The position numbers were made by a program, and so were the translations under genes. Positions 27,231 through 37,893 of a stretch of DNA of 64,000 bases are shown here, in pieces. The notes under the pieces are model-generated. The model was not told the origin of the DNA, made no database searches, and was given only the letters and a program-made list of their open reading frames with translations. The stretch lies in NCBI GenBank assembly GCA_963704865.1, contig CAVPIE010000015.1, forward strand, positions 95,669 to 159,668, written 5' to 3'. The stretch is from an uncultured delta proteobacterium. Lineage in GTDB: Bacteria > Myxococcota_A > Polyangia > Polyangiales > Houyiibacteriaceae. Positions within the stretch are counted from its first letter, which is position 1; every line of letters starts with the position of its first letter.

Positions 27231-28084
27231 TCCGCTAGCAGCATCGCGAGCACCCAGAGCCCAACCAGCAGGTTGAGCGCGATACTCGACCACCAGGCGG
27301 CCCGAAAAGGGTCTGCTGCGCGAGCGCCCGCCAGAAGGGGCAGAAGCGGCGCGATCGACACGCCAGCCTTCGCCGGGATTGGAACCGAAGGGGTCCATAG
27401 AAAGATCGCAAGGGCGGCAAACGCGATCCCTGCGGAGGCAAAACGCCTCGCGGACCGCATGCCCTGCCGAACGGGCCAGGTCTGCTTCTGGGCCGCAGCA
27501 TCGTCCTCGACGTCGGGGAGGGCGGTGAGCACATTGCTGCAGACGCCTAGAAGCGCGGCTGGACCGATCACCCAGCCTGGCGCAAAAACGGTTTCGGTCT
27601 GCAGATAGTAGCCAATCGAAGGAAGGCCGATGCCCACCCCGATCCCCTGCAGCAGCTCGCCGCCGCCGCGATAGCTCAAGCGAATCGGCTTGAAGCTATA
27701 GAGCCACATCAGGAGCAATGCCGCGACTGCGTAAAGCGGTGTCAATTCTCGCCCGAGAAAAACGAGCCCGCCGGAGTAGACCAGGAGTAACGAAGCGGCC
27801 GATTGAGCGGCGCGTTCGACCTGCCGTGCGGTGAGCTTGCCTTCGGGAATCACGCCCGAGCCCCCGGAGAGCAAAGTGCGCCGGCCGCTGTCCGCCTCGT
27901 GGTCCGCGAAATCGTTCGCGAAGACGACGAACAAATGATCCAACGCGCCCCAGAGCATTGCGGCGGCCAGCCAGGGCCAGCTGAAGCGTCCGGTGACGTG
28001 CCAAGCAGCCACTTGTCCCAAGATCAAGGGCACGGCGATGTTGATGTGGGCGAGCGGTCGCGACGCTTGAATCCAGGCTTTCAT
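27227..28084 (-). CDS. UbiA-superfamily (MenA-like) prenyltransferase, paralogue 2
   Basis: ANDFADHEADSGRRTLLSGGSGVIPEGKLTARQVERA resembles the MenA first motif region; second motif PDVEDDAAAQKQT. I chose ATG 28084 (MKAWIQASRP). Confidence 0.75.
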   Translation of the reverse strand: MKAWIQASRPLAHINIAVPLILGQVAAWHVTGRFSWPWLAAAMLWGALDHLFVVFANDFADHEADSGRRTLLSGGSGVIPEGKLTARQVERAAQSAASLLLVYSGGLVFLGRELTPLYAVAALLLMWLYSFKPIRLSYRGGGELLQGIGVGIGLPSIGYYLQTETVFAPGWVIGPAALLGVCSNVLTALPDVEDDAAAQKQTWPVRQGMRSARRFASAGIAFAALAIFLWTPSVPIPAKAGVSIAPLLPLLAGARAADPFRAAWWSSIALNLLVGLWVLAMLLAD

Positions 28085-28132
28085 GGCGATAGGTTCCTCG
28101 ATATCACGTTTCGATCCTGCTAGGTCTGCGAG

Positions 28133-29059
28133 GTGCACGCGCCCATCGGGGAGCCCCTCACGCGGCAGGTCCAGTTCTTCACCGGCAAGGGAGGGGTGGG
28201 CAAATCGACCGTCGTCGCCGCGCTGGCGACGGCTGCGGCGCGCGCCGGAAGACAACCGTTGATCGTCGAGCTAGGGACGCACACCTCGTCGTCACATCTG
28301 TTTCACAGTCCCGACATCGGATACCAACCGTCGGAGGTCGCGCCAGGCGTGCACGCGACCCGCGTTCAGTTCGAGCCGGCGCTCATCGACTACATCACCT
28401 CACGGCTCAAGCTCCGACCGATCGCGCGCCTGGTTGCGAAAAACAGCTCGCTGCGCCGTTTGTTCTTGGCGGCTCCCGGCGTGGATGAGATCGTCACCCT
28501 TCATCGCGTGGCGCAGCTCGCGGCGGATGATCGCTGGGGTCCCATCTTGGTCGACCTCGAATCCACCGGGCATGCGTTGATGTTCTTCGATCTACCGAGC
28601 GTTCTCGAGGTGTTTCTCAAGGACGGCCCTCTGCGCCAGGTGGTCGATAGCGCAACCGAGCTGCTTGCCGATGCGCAACGATGCGCGATTCACATCGTGA
28701 CCGTGCCCGAGCCTTTGGCCGTCAACGAAACGATTCACCTTCACGCCCAGCTGCGGAAACGCGAAGACTTGCACCTGGGCTACTTGTTCATCAACCGCGT
28801 CCCGCGGGCCTGGCTCGACGATGAGGAGAAACGACTGGTCGACAACGAGCTCGCGGGAGCGAGCGCCGGCAAGCCTTGGGCGCCCGACCTGGCGCTTGCC
28901 CAGTATCTCGCCGAGCGTCGTCAAACAGCCGACAAGTGCATACGGGGGCTTCACCACGACATCGACCTGCCAACGATGACCTTCGAGGCACAGGACGCAG
29001 ATAGCGCCGCGACCATCGCGGAGCTTTCAGCCGCCATCGAACGAGCGGGGTTTCGGTGA
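28133..29059 (+). CDS. ArsA/Get3-family P-loop ATPase (pair member 1)
   Basis: Deviant Walker A GKGGVGKST. The ATPase-family layout continues downstream. GTG start. Confidence 0.75.
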   Translation: MHAPIGEPLTRQVQFFTGKGGVGKSTVVAALATAAARAGRQPLIVELGTHTSSSHLFHSPDIGYQPSEVAPGVHATRVQFEPALIDYITSRLKLRPIARLVAKNSSLRRLFLAAPGVDEIVTLHRVAQLAADDRWGPILVDLESTGHALMFFDLPSVLEVFLKDGPLRQVVDSATELLADAQRCAIHIVTVPEPLAVNETIHLHAQLRKREDLHLGYLFINRVPRAWLDDEEKRLVDNELAGASAGKPWAPDLALAQYLAERRQTADKCIRGLHHDIDLPTMTFEAQDADSAATIAELSAAIERAGFR

Positions 29060-30150
29060 TCCAGCTTTCTGACGATTGCAAGTTGGCGTTTTGCGTCGGT
29101 GTAGGCGGCGTAGGCAAGACCACCTTTGCAGCAGCGCTCGGGCTTGGGGAGGCCTTGCGCGGGAGGTCGGTCCTCGTCCTGACGGCCGATCCAGCGCGAC
29201 GCTTGGCAGACGCGCTCGGCATCCGCGACCTCTCCGACCAGGCATCCGACATTCCGCTGCCTACAACGTCGGGCGCCGGAGAGCCTGTCCAAGGCGAGCT
29301 TCATGCCGCCATGTTGGAGACTAAATCGAGCGCCGACGAGATCATCCGACGCGCCGCGCACGATGAAGCAAGGGCACAGCGAGTACTCGACAATCGAATT
29401 TATCAAGCGTTCTCCAACACGCTCGCGCGCTCCCATGCCTACGCTGCGATGGAGCGGGTTCATGAAGCGGTTCATGGCGCTCGCTACGATCTCGTCGTCG
29501 TCGACACGCCGCCTGCGCAGAGCTCCATCGAGATTCTCGATGCGCCGGCGCGTCTCGTGAGCTTCCTCGATCAGCGCGTCGTTCGATGGTTTCTGCAGGC
29601 CTCGGATGAGTCGCCGCAGCTACGCGGTGGCGCGATTGCACAGGGGCTCTTGCGAATCGTGGCCGGAGAATCCCTGGTTTCCGCTCTCACCGAGTTTCTC
29701 AGCGAGATGGCCTTTCTGCGCGAAGGGTTTTCAGAGCGGGCAAAGGAGGTTCGCGATCTGATGCGATCGCCGAGCACCAGCTTCGTACTCGTCTCGTCGG
29801 CGGACGCGGTGGGGATCGAGGCTGCCAACTCGGTGGCCGCAGAGGTCCGGAGCCGGGATTTCGAGCTCGCCCAGCTGGTCTTCAACCGCGCGTTCATCCC
29901 GGAAGCTGCCCGTCCGTCGGTCGGTCCGACTAGCTACCCCGAGAGGCTTGCCCCGCTGGCCCCCAAGCTCGAGCGAATGCGAGCGCTGTCGAGCGCAGAG
30001 GAAGAGCAGAAGCGTTCCAACATCGTGGCGTTCTGCAAGCAGCATGGCGTCGGGGCCTGGTCCCTCCCGGAAGCGAGGCGACCGCTCGGGGACCCTTCGG
30101 CCTTGGCCGCCTGGATCGAGCAAGCGCGACCCGTTTCGCCCAACACGTAG
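29056..30150 (+). CDS. ArsA/Get3-family P-loop ATPase (pair member 2)
   Basis: GVGGVGKTT Walker A, LTADPARRLADALG and VVVDTPP motifs. GTGA overlap with pair member 1. Confidence 0.75.
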   Translation: MIQLSDDCKLAFCVGVGGVGKTTFAAALGLGEALRGRSVLVLTADPARRLADALGIRDLSDQASDIPLPTTSGAGEPVQGELHAAMLETKSSADEIIRRAAHDEARAQRVLDNRIYQAFSNTLARSHAYAAMERVHEAVHGARYDLVVVDTPPAQSSIEILDAPARLVSFLDQRVVRWFLQASDESPQLRGGAIAQGLLRIVAGESLVSALTEFLSEMAFLREGFSERAKEVRDLMRSPSTSFVLVSSADAVGIEAANSVAAEVRSRDFELAQLVFNRAFIPEAARPSVGPTSYPERLAPLAPKLERMRALSSAEEEQKRSNIVAFCKQHGVGAWSLPEARRPLGDPSALAAWIEQARPVSPNT

Positions 30151-30197
30151 CGTCCAACCTCGGTTTCGTGCAATCCTTCCGCCCATCGAGAGGCCTC

Positions 30198-30515
30198 ATG
30201 GAGCACATCATCAAGCACGACCTCAGTCCGGAGTTGGCAAAGAAGGCTGCAGACAAAGCCGCGGAGCACTACACGAAGAAGTGGGAGAAGTACGACGCCA
30301 AGTCGACTTGGGTCACGGACACCAGAGCCGAAATCGCGTTCCACGTCAAAGGCGTCCACGTGGCGGCAACCGTCGACATGCTGCCCGGGCAAGCCGTCAT
30401 CGAGATGCAGAAGGTTCCGTTGCTCCTCCGTCCATTCAAGAACATGGCACTCGATGTCGTGCAGCGGACGATGGAGAAGTGGATTGACAAGGCAAGGAAC
30501 GGAGAGCTCGAGTGA
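30198..30515 (+). CDS. Putative polyhydroxyalkanoic-acid-system family protein (small, PHA_gran_rgn-like)
   Basis: ~105 aa. The pattern MEHIIKHDLSPELAKKAADKA..W....AEIAFHVKGVHVAATVDMLPG resembles that family by eye. Confidence 0.45.
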   Translation: MEHIIKHDLSPELAKKAADKAAEHYTKKWEKYDAKSTWVTDTRAEIAFHVKGVHVAATVDMLPGQAVIEMQKVPLLLRPFKNMALDVVQRTMEKWIDKARNGELE

Positions 30516-31510
30516 CCGCTTCCGATCTTCGGATCGGGACCTTGGGAGCTGCGCGAATCGCACCGATGGCGTTGATTCGGCCGGCTCGGCAAATCGATGG
30601 CGTGCGGGTATCCGCCGTAGCCGCGCGTGACCGGGCACGGGCGGAGAAGTTCGCGGCGAAGCACGGCATCGCCACCGTTCACGACAGTTACGACGCATTG
30701 CTCGCCGATCCTGAGATCGACGCGATCTACAACCCGTTGCCAAACAGCCTTCACGCCGCATGGACACTCCGCGCCCTGGACGCCGGGAAGCACGTGCTCT
30801 GCGAGAAGCCCTTCACCTCGAATGCCTCGGAAGCGCAGCGAGTTCATCAGGCGGCCGAACGAAGCGATCGCGTCGTCATGGAGGCGTTCCATTATCGATA
30901 TCATCCGCTGGCGCAGCGTCTTCGAGACCTCGTCGCTTCCGGGGATCTCGGCAAACCGATGTTCATCGAAACCTGGATGTGTATTCCGCTGCCGCTCCCG
31001 GGGGACATTCGCTATCGTTTGGACCTCGCCGGTGGCGCGACGATGGATACCGGTTGCTACGCCATCCACCTTGCCCGGACGATTTCCGGAGAGGAGCCGG
31101 TCGTCCTCTCGGCGCATGCGAAGCTTGCTTCCGAGGGCGTCGATCGTGCCATGACCGCAGCGGTCCGGTTTCCAAGCGGCGCCGAAGGCAGAATCAACTG
31201 CTCCCTTTGGTCGTGGAAACTGGCCAAGGTCGCAGCGCGGGTGAAGCTCGAGAGCGGCGAAATTAGCGTCACCAATCCCGTGGTCCCCCAATTCTACCAC
31301 CGCTTGAAGTGGCGGAAGACCGGCGGGGCATGGACCAAAGAAACGTTTCCGAAGAAGCCGACCTACGCCTATCAGTTGGAGGCCTTCCGAGATGCCGTCG
31401 TCGCGGGGAAGCCGTTCCTCACGACCACAGCCGAAGCGGTCAAGACGATGACGCTGGTGGACGCAATCTACCGGGCTGCAGGGATGTCGCCCCGCAAAAA
31501 CGGCACCTAG
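30512..31510 (+). CDS. Gfo/Idh/MocA-family NAD(P)-dependent oxidoreductase
   Basis: IGTLGAARIAP Rossmann N-terminus, LCEKPF motif and a C-terminal alpha/beta domain. GTGA overlap with the upstream gene. Confidence 0.85.
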   Translation: MTASDLRIGTLGAARIAPMALIRPARQIDGVRVSAVAARDRARAEKFAAKHGIATVHDSYDALLADPEIDAIYNPLPNSLHAAWTLRALDAGKHVLCEKPFTSNASEAQRVHQAAERSDRVVMEAFHYRYHPLAQRLRDLVASGDLGKPMFIETWMCIPLPLPGDIRYRLDLAGGATMDTGCYAIHLARTISGEEPVVLSAHAKLASEGVDRAMTAAVRFPSGAEGRINCSLWSWKLAKVAARVKLESGEISVTNPVVPQFYHRLKWRKTGGAWTKETFPKKPTYAYQLEAFRDAVVAGKPFLTTTAEAVKTMTLVDAIYRAAGMSPRKNGT

Positions 31511-31541
31511 TGTCGGTCACGCGGCTCTGAGCGCTCTATCG

Positions 31542-32885
31542 TCAGGCGCTGACGAACTGCTTCAAGGCCGCGTCACCGTGTACGCTGCGGAGCTTGCGAA
31601 GTGCAAGCGCCTGCAACTGACGAATGCGCTCTCGGCTGAGCCCGAACTCGCGTCCGATTTCAGCGAGAGTGTGTGATTCCTTCTCGCCAATCCCGAAGCG
31701 CATGCGAATGATTCGCTGCTCGCGTGGGTTCAGAGTTTCCAATGCCCGCTCGACCGATTTCGAAAGGTCCTCGCCGATGACCGAGTCCATCGGCGTTCCG
31801 GCGTCTTCGTCTGCGATCAAGTCCCGGAGCTCGCTATTTCCGTCGTTGCCGACCGGCATTTCCAGGGACACCGTATCTCGCGAGATCATGAGAAGGTTCG
31901 CCACCTGATCGGTTGGAAGCTTCATTCGCGTTGCGATCTCTGCGGCGCTGGGCTCCCGGCCGAACTCACCGGTGAGCTTGCGAGTCATGCCAGTGACTTT
32001 CGTGAGCAGCTCGCAGGCGTGAACAGGGATGCGGATCGTTCGAGCCTGGTCGGTCGTTGCACGCGCCATCGACTGGCGAATCCACCACGACGCGTAGGTC
32101 GAAAGTTTGTAACCGCGGCGGTAGTCGAACTTGTCGATCGCGCGCATTAGGCCCATGTTGCCTTCCTGAATGAGGTCCATGAAAGGCAGGCCCCGCTTCA
32201 GATACTTCTTTGCAATTGCGACGACCAGTCGGAGGTTGGCTTCGACCATTTCCGATTTCGCCCGTTCGACGTCGGCATGCGCCGCCGTGATGACTTCGTG
32301 GAGCTTGCGAAGTTTGTTCGCGGTGAGCCCCGAGTCGGCCTCGGCCTTCTTTCGAGTGTTGGTTCCTTCGCCGCAGGACTGCACGTACGAATCGAGCGCG
32401 CAGATCACCGCTTCGAAAGCCGGCTCGATGACCGCTTCGCGGACTGCAAGGTCCTGCGTGGCGACGCGTTCACAAACCTCGGTAAGGTCGTCGGGGTGAA
32501 GCTTGGCCTCGAGGACCGCGTCGTAGATGGTCTGGCGACCTTTCTCGATCTGGCGGGCGAGCTCCACTTCACCTTCACGCGTGAGGAGGCTCACTGCACC
32601 CATCCAATCCAGATAGGTTTGCACTGGCTCTGCGCTGAGGACGTTGGTCTTCTCGGTCGGCTTGGCCGAGCGACGGCGATCCCCTCTTCGGTTCTTGCCC
32701 TGCTTGACCGTGACCTCGACACCGGCTGCCTCGAGTCGACGAAGGAACTTCCGAACGTTCCCCTGGGTAGCCCCAATCCCGGCGATGACCGCTGACGCTT
32801 CGTCGTACGTGATCCATCCCCGCGCTTTCACCGCATCGATGACTTCGTCCATAGTTACGTTAGTGCTAGAAGTTTGTGCTGACAT
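31542..32885 (-). CDS. RpoD-family (sigma-70) RNA polymerase sigma factor
   Basis: Region 2 ([54 protein letters not shown]), region 3 and region 4 ([18 protein letters not shown]). Confidence 0.9.
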   Translation of the reverse strand: MSAQTSSTNVTMDEVIDAVKARGWITYDEASAVIAGIGATQGNVRKFLRRLEAAGVEVTVKQGKNRRGDRRRSAKPTEKTNVLSAEPVQTYLDWMGAVSLLTREGEVELARQIEKGRQTIYDAVLEAKLHPDDLTEVCERVATQDLAVREAVIEPAFEAVICALDSYVQSCGEGTNTRKKAEADSGLTANKLRKLHEVITAAHADVERAKSEMVEANLRLVVAIAKKYLKRGLPFMDLIQEGNMGLMRAIDKFDYRRGYKLSTYASWWIRQSMARATTDQARTIRIPVHACELLTKVTGMTRKLTGEFGREPSAAEIATRMKLPTDQVANLLMISRDTVSLEMPVGNDGNSELRDLIADEDAGTPMDSVIGEDLSKSVERALETLNPREQRIIRMRFGIGEKESHTLAEIGREFGLSRERIRQLQALALRKLRSVHGDAALKQFVSA

Positions 32886-32924
32886 TGGTGTTTCTCTCGC
32901 CTCTCTAAGCGTGTGGTACCACCC

Positions 32925-33045
32925 AATTGGAAAAGTAGCAACCATATGATCAAAAAAATATATAAATACTGTGAACGTGGCATCACTGTTGGATACCTCA
33001 CACTTATGGAGTAGCTGATTGAACCTTCATTCATTTTCTGGTTGC
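32925..33045. promoter_or_regulatory. AT-rich divergent promoter/leader region between the sigma-factor gene and the carboxylase operon
   Basis: The stretch ..GGAAAAGTAGCAACCATATGATCAAAAAAATATATAAATACTGTGAAC.. is conspicuously AT-rich against a GC-rich background. No individual -35/-10 pair could be assigned with confidence. Confidence 0.45.
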
Positions 33046-33079
33046 TCCTTGTTGCGGGCAGCCTCTAGGATTCGCGGGG

Positions 33080-34693
33080 ATGTCCGAGCAGCGTTACCCA
33101 GTCCTGCGTTCGAAGGCCGATACGAAGTCGGAGACCTACCAGGCCAATCGCGAGGGCAATCTCTCTGCGCTCGCAGCGGTCGACGAGGCGCTTGCCATCG
33201 CCAACGGGGGGGGCGGCGAAAAGTACGTGAAGCGCCATCTCGCGCGCGGCCGAATCCTTCCGCGCCAACGCATCGAGATGCTCCTCGATCGAGACAGCTA
33301 CTTTTTGGAGATCGCTGCCTTGGCGGGCCACGGCATGAAAGGGGAGGTGAGCGGCTCTTCGGTCGTCGGTGGCGTAGGCACGGTGAGCGGCGTGGAGTGC
33401 TGCATCACGGCAAGCGAGGCGACCGTCAAGGGTGGGGCGATTACGCCCATCAGCATGTTGAAGACCGGGAGGCTTGCCGAGATTTGTGAGCAGAACCGGT
33501 TGCCGGGCATCGCTTGCATCGAGTCCGCCGGCGCAGACTTGCCCAAACAGGATCAGATTTTCGTTCCTGGCGGCGCCGGCTTTCGCCATCTCACTCAGCG
33601 ATCGGAAAACAAGATTCCGACCATTTGTCTGGTCTTTGGAAGCTCGACCGCTGGCGGCGCGTACATGCCTGGGATGAGTGACTACGTCGTGATGGTCAAA
33701 GAGCAGGCGCAGGTTTATCTCGCTGGTCCGCCCCTGGTGAAGATGGCAACCGGCGAAGAGACCGACCACGAGGAGCTAGGCGGTGCTGAAATGCACTCCA
33801 CGATCAGCGGGGTGTCCGACTACCTCGCGGAGGACGAAGTCGATGCGATTCGTCTCGGGCGGGAAATCGTCGCCCATCTTCAGTGGCAGAAGCGCGGAGA
33901 GTTTCGGCCCCGCCCGGTAGAGGCGCCGATTCATGACGCCGAGGAATTGCTGGGCATCGCGTCTTCCGATGTGCGTGTCCCCTTCGATCAGCGCGAGGTC
34001 ATTGCGCGAATCGTCGATGGCTCGCGGTTCAGCGAATTCAAGCCGCTGTATGGCAAAACGATGCTTTGCGGCTGGGCTCACATTCACGGTTTCCCCGTCG
34101 GAATCATCGCGAACAACGGAACGATCTTCAGTGACAGCGCCAACAAAGGAGCGCAGTTCATTCAGCTCTGCAATCAAAGTGACATCCCGCTCGTGTTTCT
34201 GCAGAACACCACCGGATTCATGGTTGGGAAGCAGTACGAGCAGAATGGGATCATCAAGCACGGCGCCAAGATGATCAACGCGGTGTCCAACAGCACAGTC
34301 CCGGCGATCACCATCATGACTGGCTCGAGTTACGGCGCCGGCAACTACGCGATGATGGGTCGCTCCTATCGTCCGCGGTTTCTATTCACCTGGCCCAACC
34401 ACAAGATCGCAGTCATGGGCGGCAAGCAGCTCGCCGGAGTGCTCGACATCATTCAGCGCGGTGCTGCCGCAAAGAAGGGTATCGAGGTCGACGAAAAGAT
34501 GCTGGAGGTCGCCAAGATGATGACCGAGAAGCAGATCGAGGATCAGTCGACTGCCCTCTACGCCACCGCTCGGGTCTGGGACGACGGCATCATCGACCCG
34601 CGGGATACGCGAACCGTGATCGCGATTTGCCTCTCGTCCGCATACAACGCTCCCGTCGAAGGGACCACGTCATGGGGCGTCTTTCGCCACTGA
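33080..34693 (+). CDS. Methylcrotonyl-CoA carboxylase carboxyltransferase (beta) subunit, or closely related acyl-CoA carboxylase
   Basis: 537 aa. N-terminus ..[51 protein letters not shown] plus the two carboxyltransferase halves. Confidence 0.85.
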   Translation: MSEQRYPVLRSKADTKSETYQANREGNLSALAAVDEALAIANGGGGEKYVKRHLARGRILPRQRIEMLLDRDSYFLEIAALAGHGMKGEVSGSSVVGGVGTVSGVECCITASEATVKGGAITPISMLKTGRLAEICEQNRLPGIACIESAGADLPKQDQIFVPGGAGFRHLTQRSENKIPTICLVFGSSTAGGAYMPGMSDYVVMVKEQAQVYLAGPPLVKMATGEETDHEELGGAEMHSTISGVSDYLAEDEVDAIRLGREIVAHLQWQKRGEFRPRPVEAPIHDAEELLGIASSDVRVPFDQREVIARIVDGSRFSEFKPLYGKTMLCGWAHIHGFPVGIIANNGTIFSDSANKGAQFIQLCNQSDIPLVFLQNTTGFMVGKQYEQNGIIKHGAKMINAVSNSTVPAITIMTGSSYGAGNYAMMGRSYRPRFLFTWPNHKIAVMGGKQLAGVLDIIQRGAAAKKGIEVDEKMLEVAKMMTEKQIEDQSTALYATARVWDDGIIDPRDTRTVIAICLSSAYNAPVEGTTSWGVFRH

Positions 34694-36687
34694 GAGAAGA
34701 AGCAGCGTTGACCAAGACGATTCAGAAGATCCTCATCGCCAACCGTGGCGAAATCGCGCGTCGGATCATGCGAACGTGCCGCAAGATGGGCATCGCGACG
34801 GTGGCGGTGTATTCCGATGCAGACGCGGAGATGCCCTTCGTAGACGAGGCCGACGAAGCGATTCGCCTCGGTCCTGCCCCGAGCGCTGAAAGCTACCTTC
34901 GCATCGATAGGATTCTCGAAGCTGCCGCAATCACCCATAGCGACGCCATTCACCCTGGTTACGGCTTCCTCGCCGAGAACGCCGCCTTCGCGGACGCCTG
35001 TGGCCAGGCTGGGGTCATCTTCATCGGGCCCAGCCCCGATGCAATCCGCGCGATGGGCTCGAAGCGCGAGGCCAAGGCCTTGGTAGAGAAGGCAGGCGTT
35101 CCTGTGATCCCTGGCTACGACGGCTCGAACCAGGACCCGAAAGTTCTGGCAGCGGAAGCCATCAAGATTGGCTTTCCCGTTTTGCTCAAGGCAAGCGCAG
35201 GTGGCGGCGGCAAAGGGATGAAGCGCGTTCGCCAGGCGAGCGAGTTGCCCGATGCAATCGCATCTGCGGCCAGAGAGAGTCAGAGCTCTTTCGGGGATGG
35301 AACGCTGTTGGTCGAGAAGTACATCGACGATCCGCGGCACGTCGAGATCCAGATCCTCGGTGATAGCCACGGCAACCTCATTCATCTCAACGAGCGAGAG
35401 TGCTCGATCCAGCGCAGGCATCAAAAGATCATCGAAGAGACACCATCCACGGCGCTCGATCCAGCGCTTCGAAATCGGATGGGAGAAGCGGCTCTGCGCT
35501 GTGGCAAGGCGATCGGCTATACGAACGCCGGCACGGTCGAGTTCATCCTCGCGCCCGATCGGAGCTTCTATTTTCTAGAGGTCAACACGCGACTTCAAGT
35601 CGAGCACCCGATCACCGAGTGCGTGACGGGGCTCGACTTGGTCGAAGAGCAGATCCTGGTTGCCGAAGGCCAGTTGCTTCGCACCGCGCAAGAGGCGGTC
35701 CGCTTCGAGGGCGCCGCGATCGAGGTGCGCCTGTACGCGGAAGACCCGGCTGCCGGCTTCCTTCCTCAAAGCGGGCGGGTGGTCGATTGGGATCTGCCTG
35801 CGGCAGAGGGTCTGCGGGTCGATAGTGGCGTCGAGGCCGGGAGCGAGGTCGGCATCCACTATGATCCGATGCTTGCGAAAATCATCACCTCTGCCGCGAG
35901 CCGCCCTCTCGCCCTTCAGCGGATGCGCCGCGCACTGCGCTCGCTGAGCGTCCAGGGAGTGACCACCAATCGGGACTTCCTGCTCCGCGTGCTCGACCAC
36001 CCTGCGTTCATTGCGGGCGAGATCGACACACACTTCATCGACCGTCACCTTCAAGACGAGCTCGGCGACGGCGTCCCGGAACCCGACGAACAGCGCGCGG
36101 CCGTCGCGGCAGCGCTGGCCGAACAGCAGACGCGTGATGACCGCCGGGTTCTTGTTCGCGGAATTCCGTCGGGCTGGCGAAACAACTACCACACGCCGCA
36201 ATGGGTCGAATACGCCGTCGGCGGCCGAGATCTGCGGTTGAGCTACCGGCATCTGGGCGACAACGAGTTTACCGTCTGGGTCGGCGAAGAGCAGCGCAGT
36301 GTGCGGGTCGTTTCCTGGGAGGCCCCAGTGCTCACCCTCGAAGAGGGCCCGCGTCGTTGGCGCGCAAGGGTCAGCTTCGATGGCGATCGTACCTTCGTTC
36401 ACAGCTCGCAGTTCAGCGTTGGCCTTCAGCGCAAGCCACGCTTCCCGGACAAATCCAAGGAGATTCCAGCCGGCGGCTGCATCGCACCCATGCCGGGCAA
36501 AGTCGTCGAGCTTCGTGTCGCCGAGGGCGATCCGGTGAAGGCCGGTCAGGTGCTCTTGATCATGGAAGCGATGAAGATGGAGCACACGGTCACCGCGCCG
36601 CAGGACGGCACCGTGGCCGAGGTCTGGGTCCGAGCTGGTGATCAGGTCGACGCCGACGCGTTGCTCATCGTCGTTGCCGAATCCTGA
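34672..36687 (+). CDS. Methylcrotonyl-CoA carboxylase biotin-carboxylase/BCCP (alpha) subunit
   Basis: [16 protein letters not shown]-grasp and the EAMKMEH biotinylation motif. Start is ATG 34672 (overlapping the beta subunit) or in-frame TTG 34708. Confidence 0.85.
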   Translation: MGRLSPLREEAALTKTIQKILIANRGEIARRIMRTCRKMGIATVAVYSDADAEMPFVDEADEAIRLGPAPSAESYLRIDRILEAAAITHSDAIHPGYGFLAENAAFADACGQAGVIFIGPSPDAIRAMGSKREAKALVEKAGVPVIPGYDGSNQDPKVLAAEAIKIGFPVLLKASAGGGGKGMKRVRQASELPDAIASAARESQSSFGDGTLLVEKYIDDPRHVEIQILGDSHGNLIHLNERECSIQRRHQKIIEETPSTALDPALRNRMGEAALRCGKAIGYTNAGTVEFILAPDRSFYFLEVNTRLQVEHPITECVTGLDLVEEQILVAEGQLLRTAQEAVRFEGAAIEVRLYAEDPAAGFLPQSGRVVDWDLPAAEGLRVDSGVEAGSEVGIHYDPMLAKIITSAASRPLALQRMRRALRSLSVQGVTTNRDFLLRVLDHPAFIAGEIDTHFIDRHLQDELGDGVPEPDEQRAAVAAALAEQQTRDDRRVLVRGIPSGWRNNYHTPQWVEYAVGGRDLRLSYRHLGDNEFTVWVGEEQRSVRVVSWEAPVLTLEEGPRRWRARVSFDGDRTFVHSSQFSVGLQRKPRFPDKSKEIPAGGCIAPMPGKVVELRVAEGDPVKAGQVLLIMEAMKMEHTVTAPQDGTVAEVWVRAGDQVDADALLIVVAES

Positions 36688-36696
36688 TCGCCTCGA

Positions 36697-37878
36697 TCAG
36701 GCGGCGTCCAGCTCGGCGATCATCTGGTCGCCGCTCAGCTCTGTTGCCGATGCGCCGTCGGCATACTTCATGAGCCCCGCTCGCTCGTAGTGCGGCCTGA
36801 TCCGGTCGCTCAGCAGCCCAATCTCGCGAAGGTTAGGCACCAGACGCTTGAACATCACTTGGCGGAAAATCGCGAAGCCGGGCGAGTCGGTCACGAACTG
36901 CGCCCACTCCTTGCGTGTCAGCTTGTGCTCGAACCACTCCTCGTACACTTCGAAGGAGAGGAAGCGATTGCGCATCAGGAGCGCCACTTCGAATGCCCAG
37001 TCCTCTCGTTCCCGCCGTTCACGGTCGCTCAGCTCCTGCCGGAAATGGTCACGCAAGGCGAGGACCCCATAGTGGACGTGCCGGGCCTCATCCTGGATGA
37101 CCATCTTCAGCAGCTGCTTGAGCATCGGCTCCCCGGTCATTTGATACATCGTTCCGAAGGCACCGAGGGCCAGGCCCTCGACCATGATCTGCATGCCCAA
37201 GAACTTCACGTCCCACCGAGAATCCTGGATGAGGGCGTCGATGATGACGAAGAGGTTGTCGTTGATTTGGTAGAGCTTGTTCATCTTGGAGTCGAGATAG
37301 CGGTGGAACACCTCGACGTGGCGGCCTTCGTCGACGACCTGGGTCGCCCCGTACAGCTTGCCATCGAAGAACTGCACTGCTTCGGTCACCTGGGCCGCTG
37401 CGAAAAGCGCGCCTTGTTCGCCGTGTAAGAACTGACTGAGCATCCAGGAGGCGACACTCGAGTTGAGCCGCCGTTCTTCGAGGTCGGTGAGCTTGATCCC
37501 CTTCCCACGCAGAGCGTCGTAATCCATGAACTGGCGGGGAATGATCGGTTTCTCGGGATTTTCCGGGTCGACATCGATGTGCCAGGGGAGGTCGTCCCCG
37601 TTCCACTGCTGCTCTTTGGCCCTCGTGTAGAGCTCCCGCATTTCGGGCTGGTCGTTCGGGTAGGTCCAGTCGAAGTACACTTCGTGGTTTGAAGGCATCT
37701 TCGTCGGAACGCCCTGCTTGCCACGCTGAAGGATCAGCCCGCGCACACCAGACGGCGCCATCGATTTCAAGACCTTGGCGTTCTTGGTTGCAGTCATCAG
37801 CTGCACGGCTTCAACGTACGGCTCGATGCGGCGGCGGATTTCGTGGGGCAGGTTGTCGAGTACTTTGTCACTGAGCAT
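36697..37878 (-). CDS. Ferritin-like diiron oxygenase (AurF-like family)
   Basis: Two E..(D/E)ExxH-type pairs: HGEQGA..VDEGRHVEVFH and MVEGLA..QDEARHVHYG. Confidence 0.6.
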   Translation of the reverse strand: MLSDKVLDNLPHEIRRRIEPYVEAVQLMTATKNAKVLKSMAPSGVRGLILQRGKQGVPTKMPSNHEVYFDWTYPNDQPEMRELYTRAKEQQWNGDDLPWHIDVDPENPEKPIIPRQFMDYDALRGKGIKLTDLEERRLNSSVASWMLSQFLHGEQGALFAAAQVTEAVQFFDGKLYGATQVVDEGRHVEVFHRYLDSKMNKLYQINDNLFVIIDALIQDSRWDVKFLGMQIMVEGLALGAFGTMYQMTGEPMLKQLLKMVIQDEARHVHYGVLALRDHFRQELSDRERREREDWAFEVALLMRNRFLSFEVYEEWFEHKLTRKEWAQFVTDSPGFAIFRQVMFKRLVPNLREIGLLSDRIRPHYERAGLMKYADGASATELSGDQMIAELDAA

Positions 37879-37893
37879 GGTCAGTTCCTTCTA

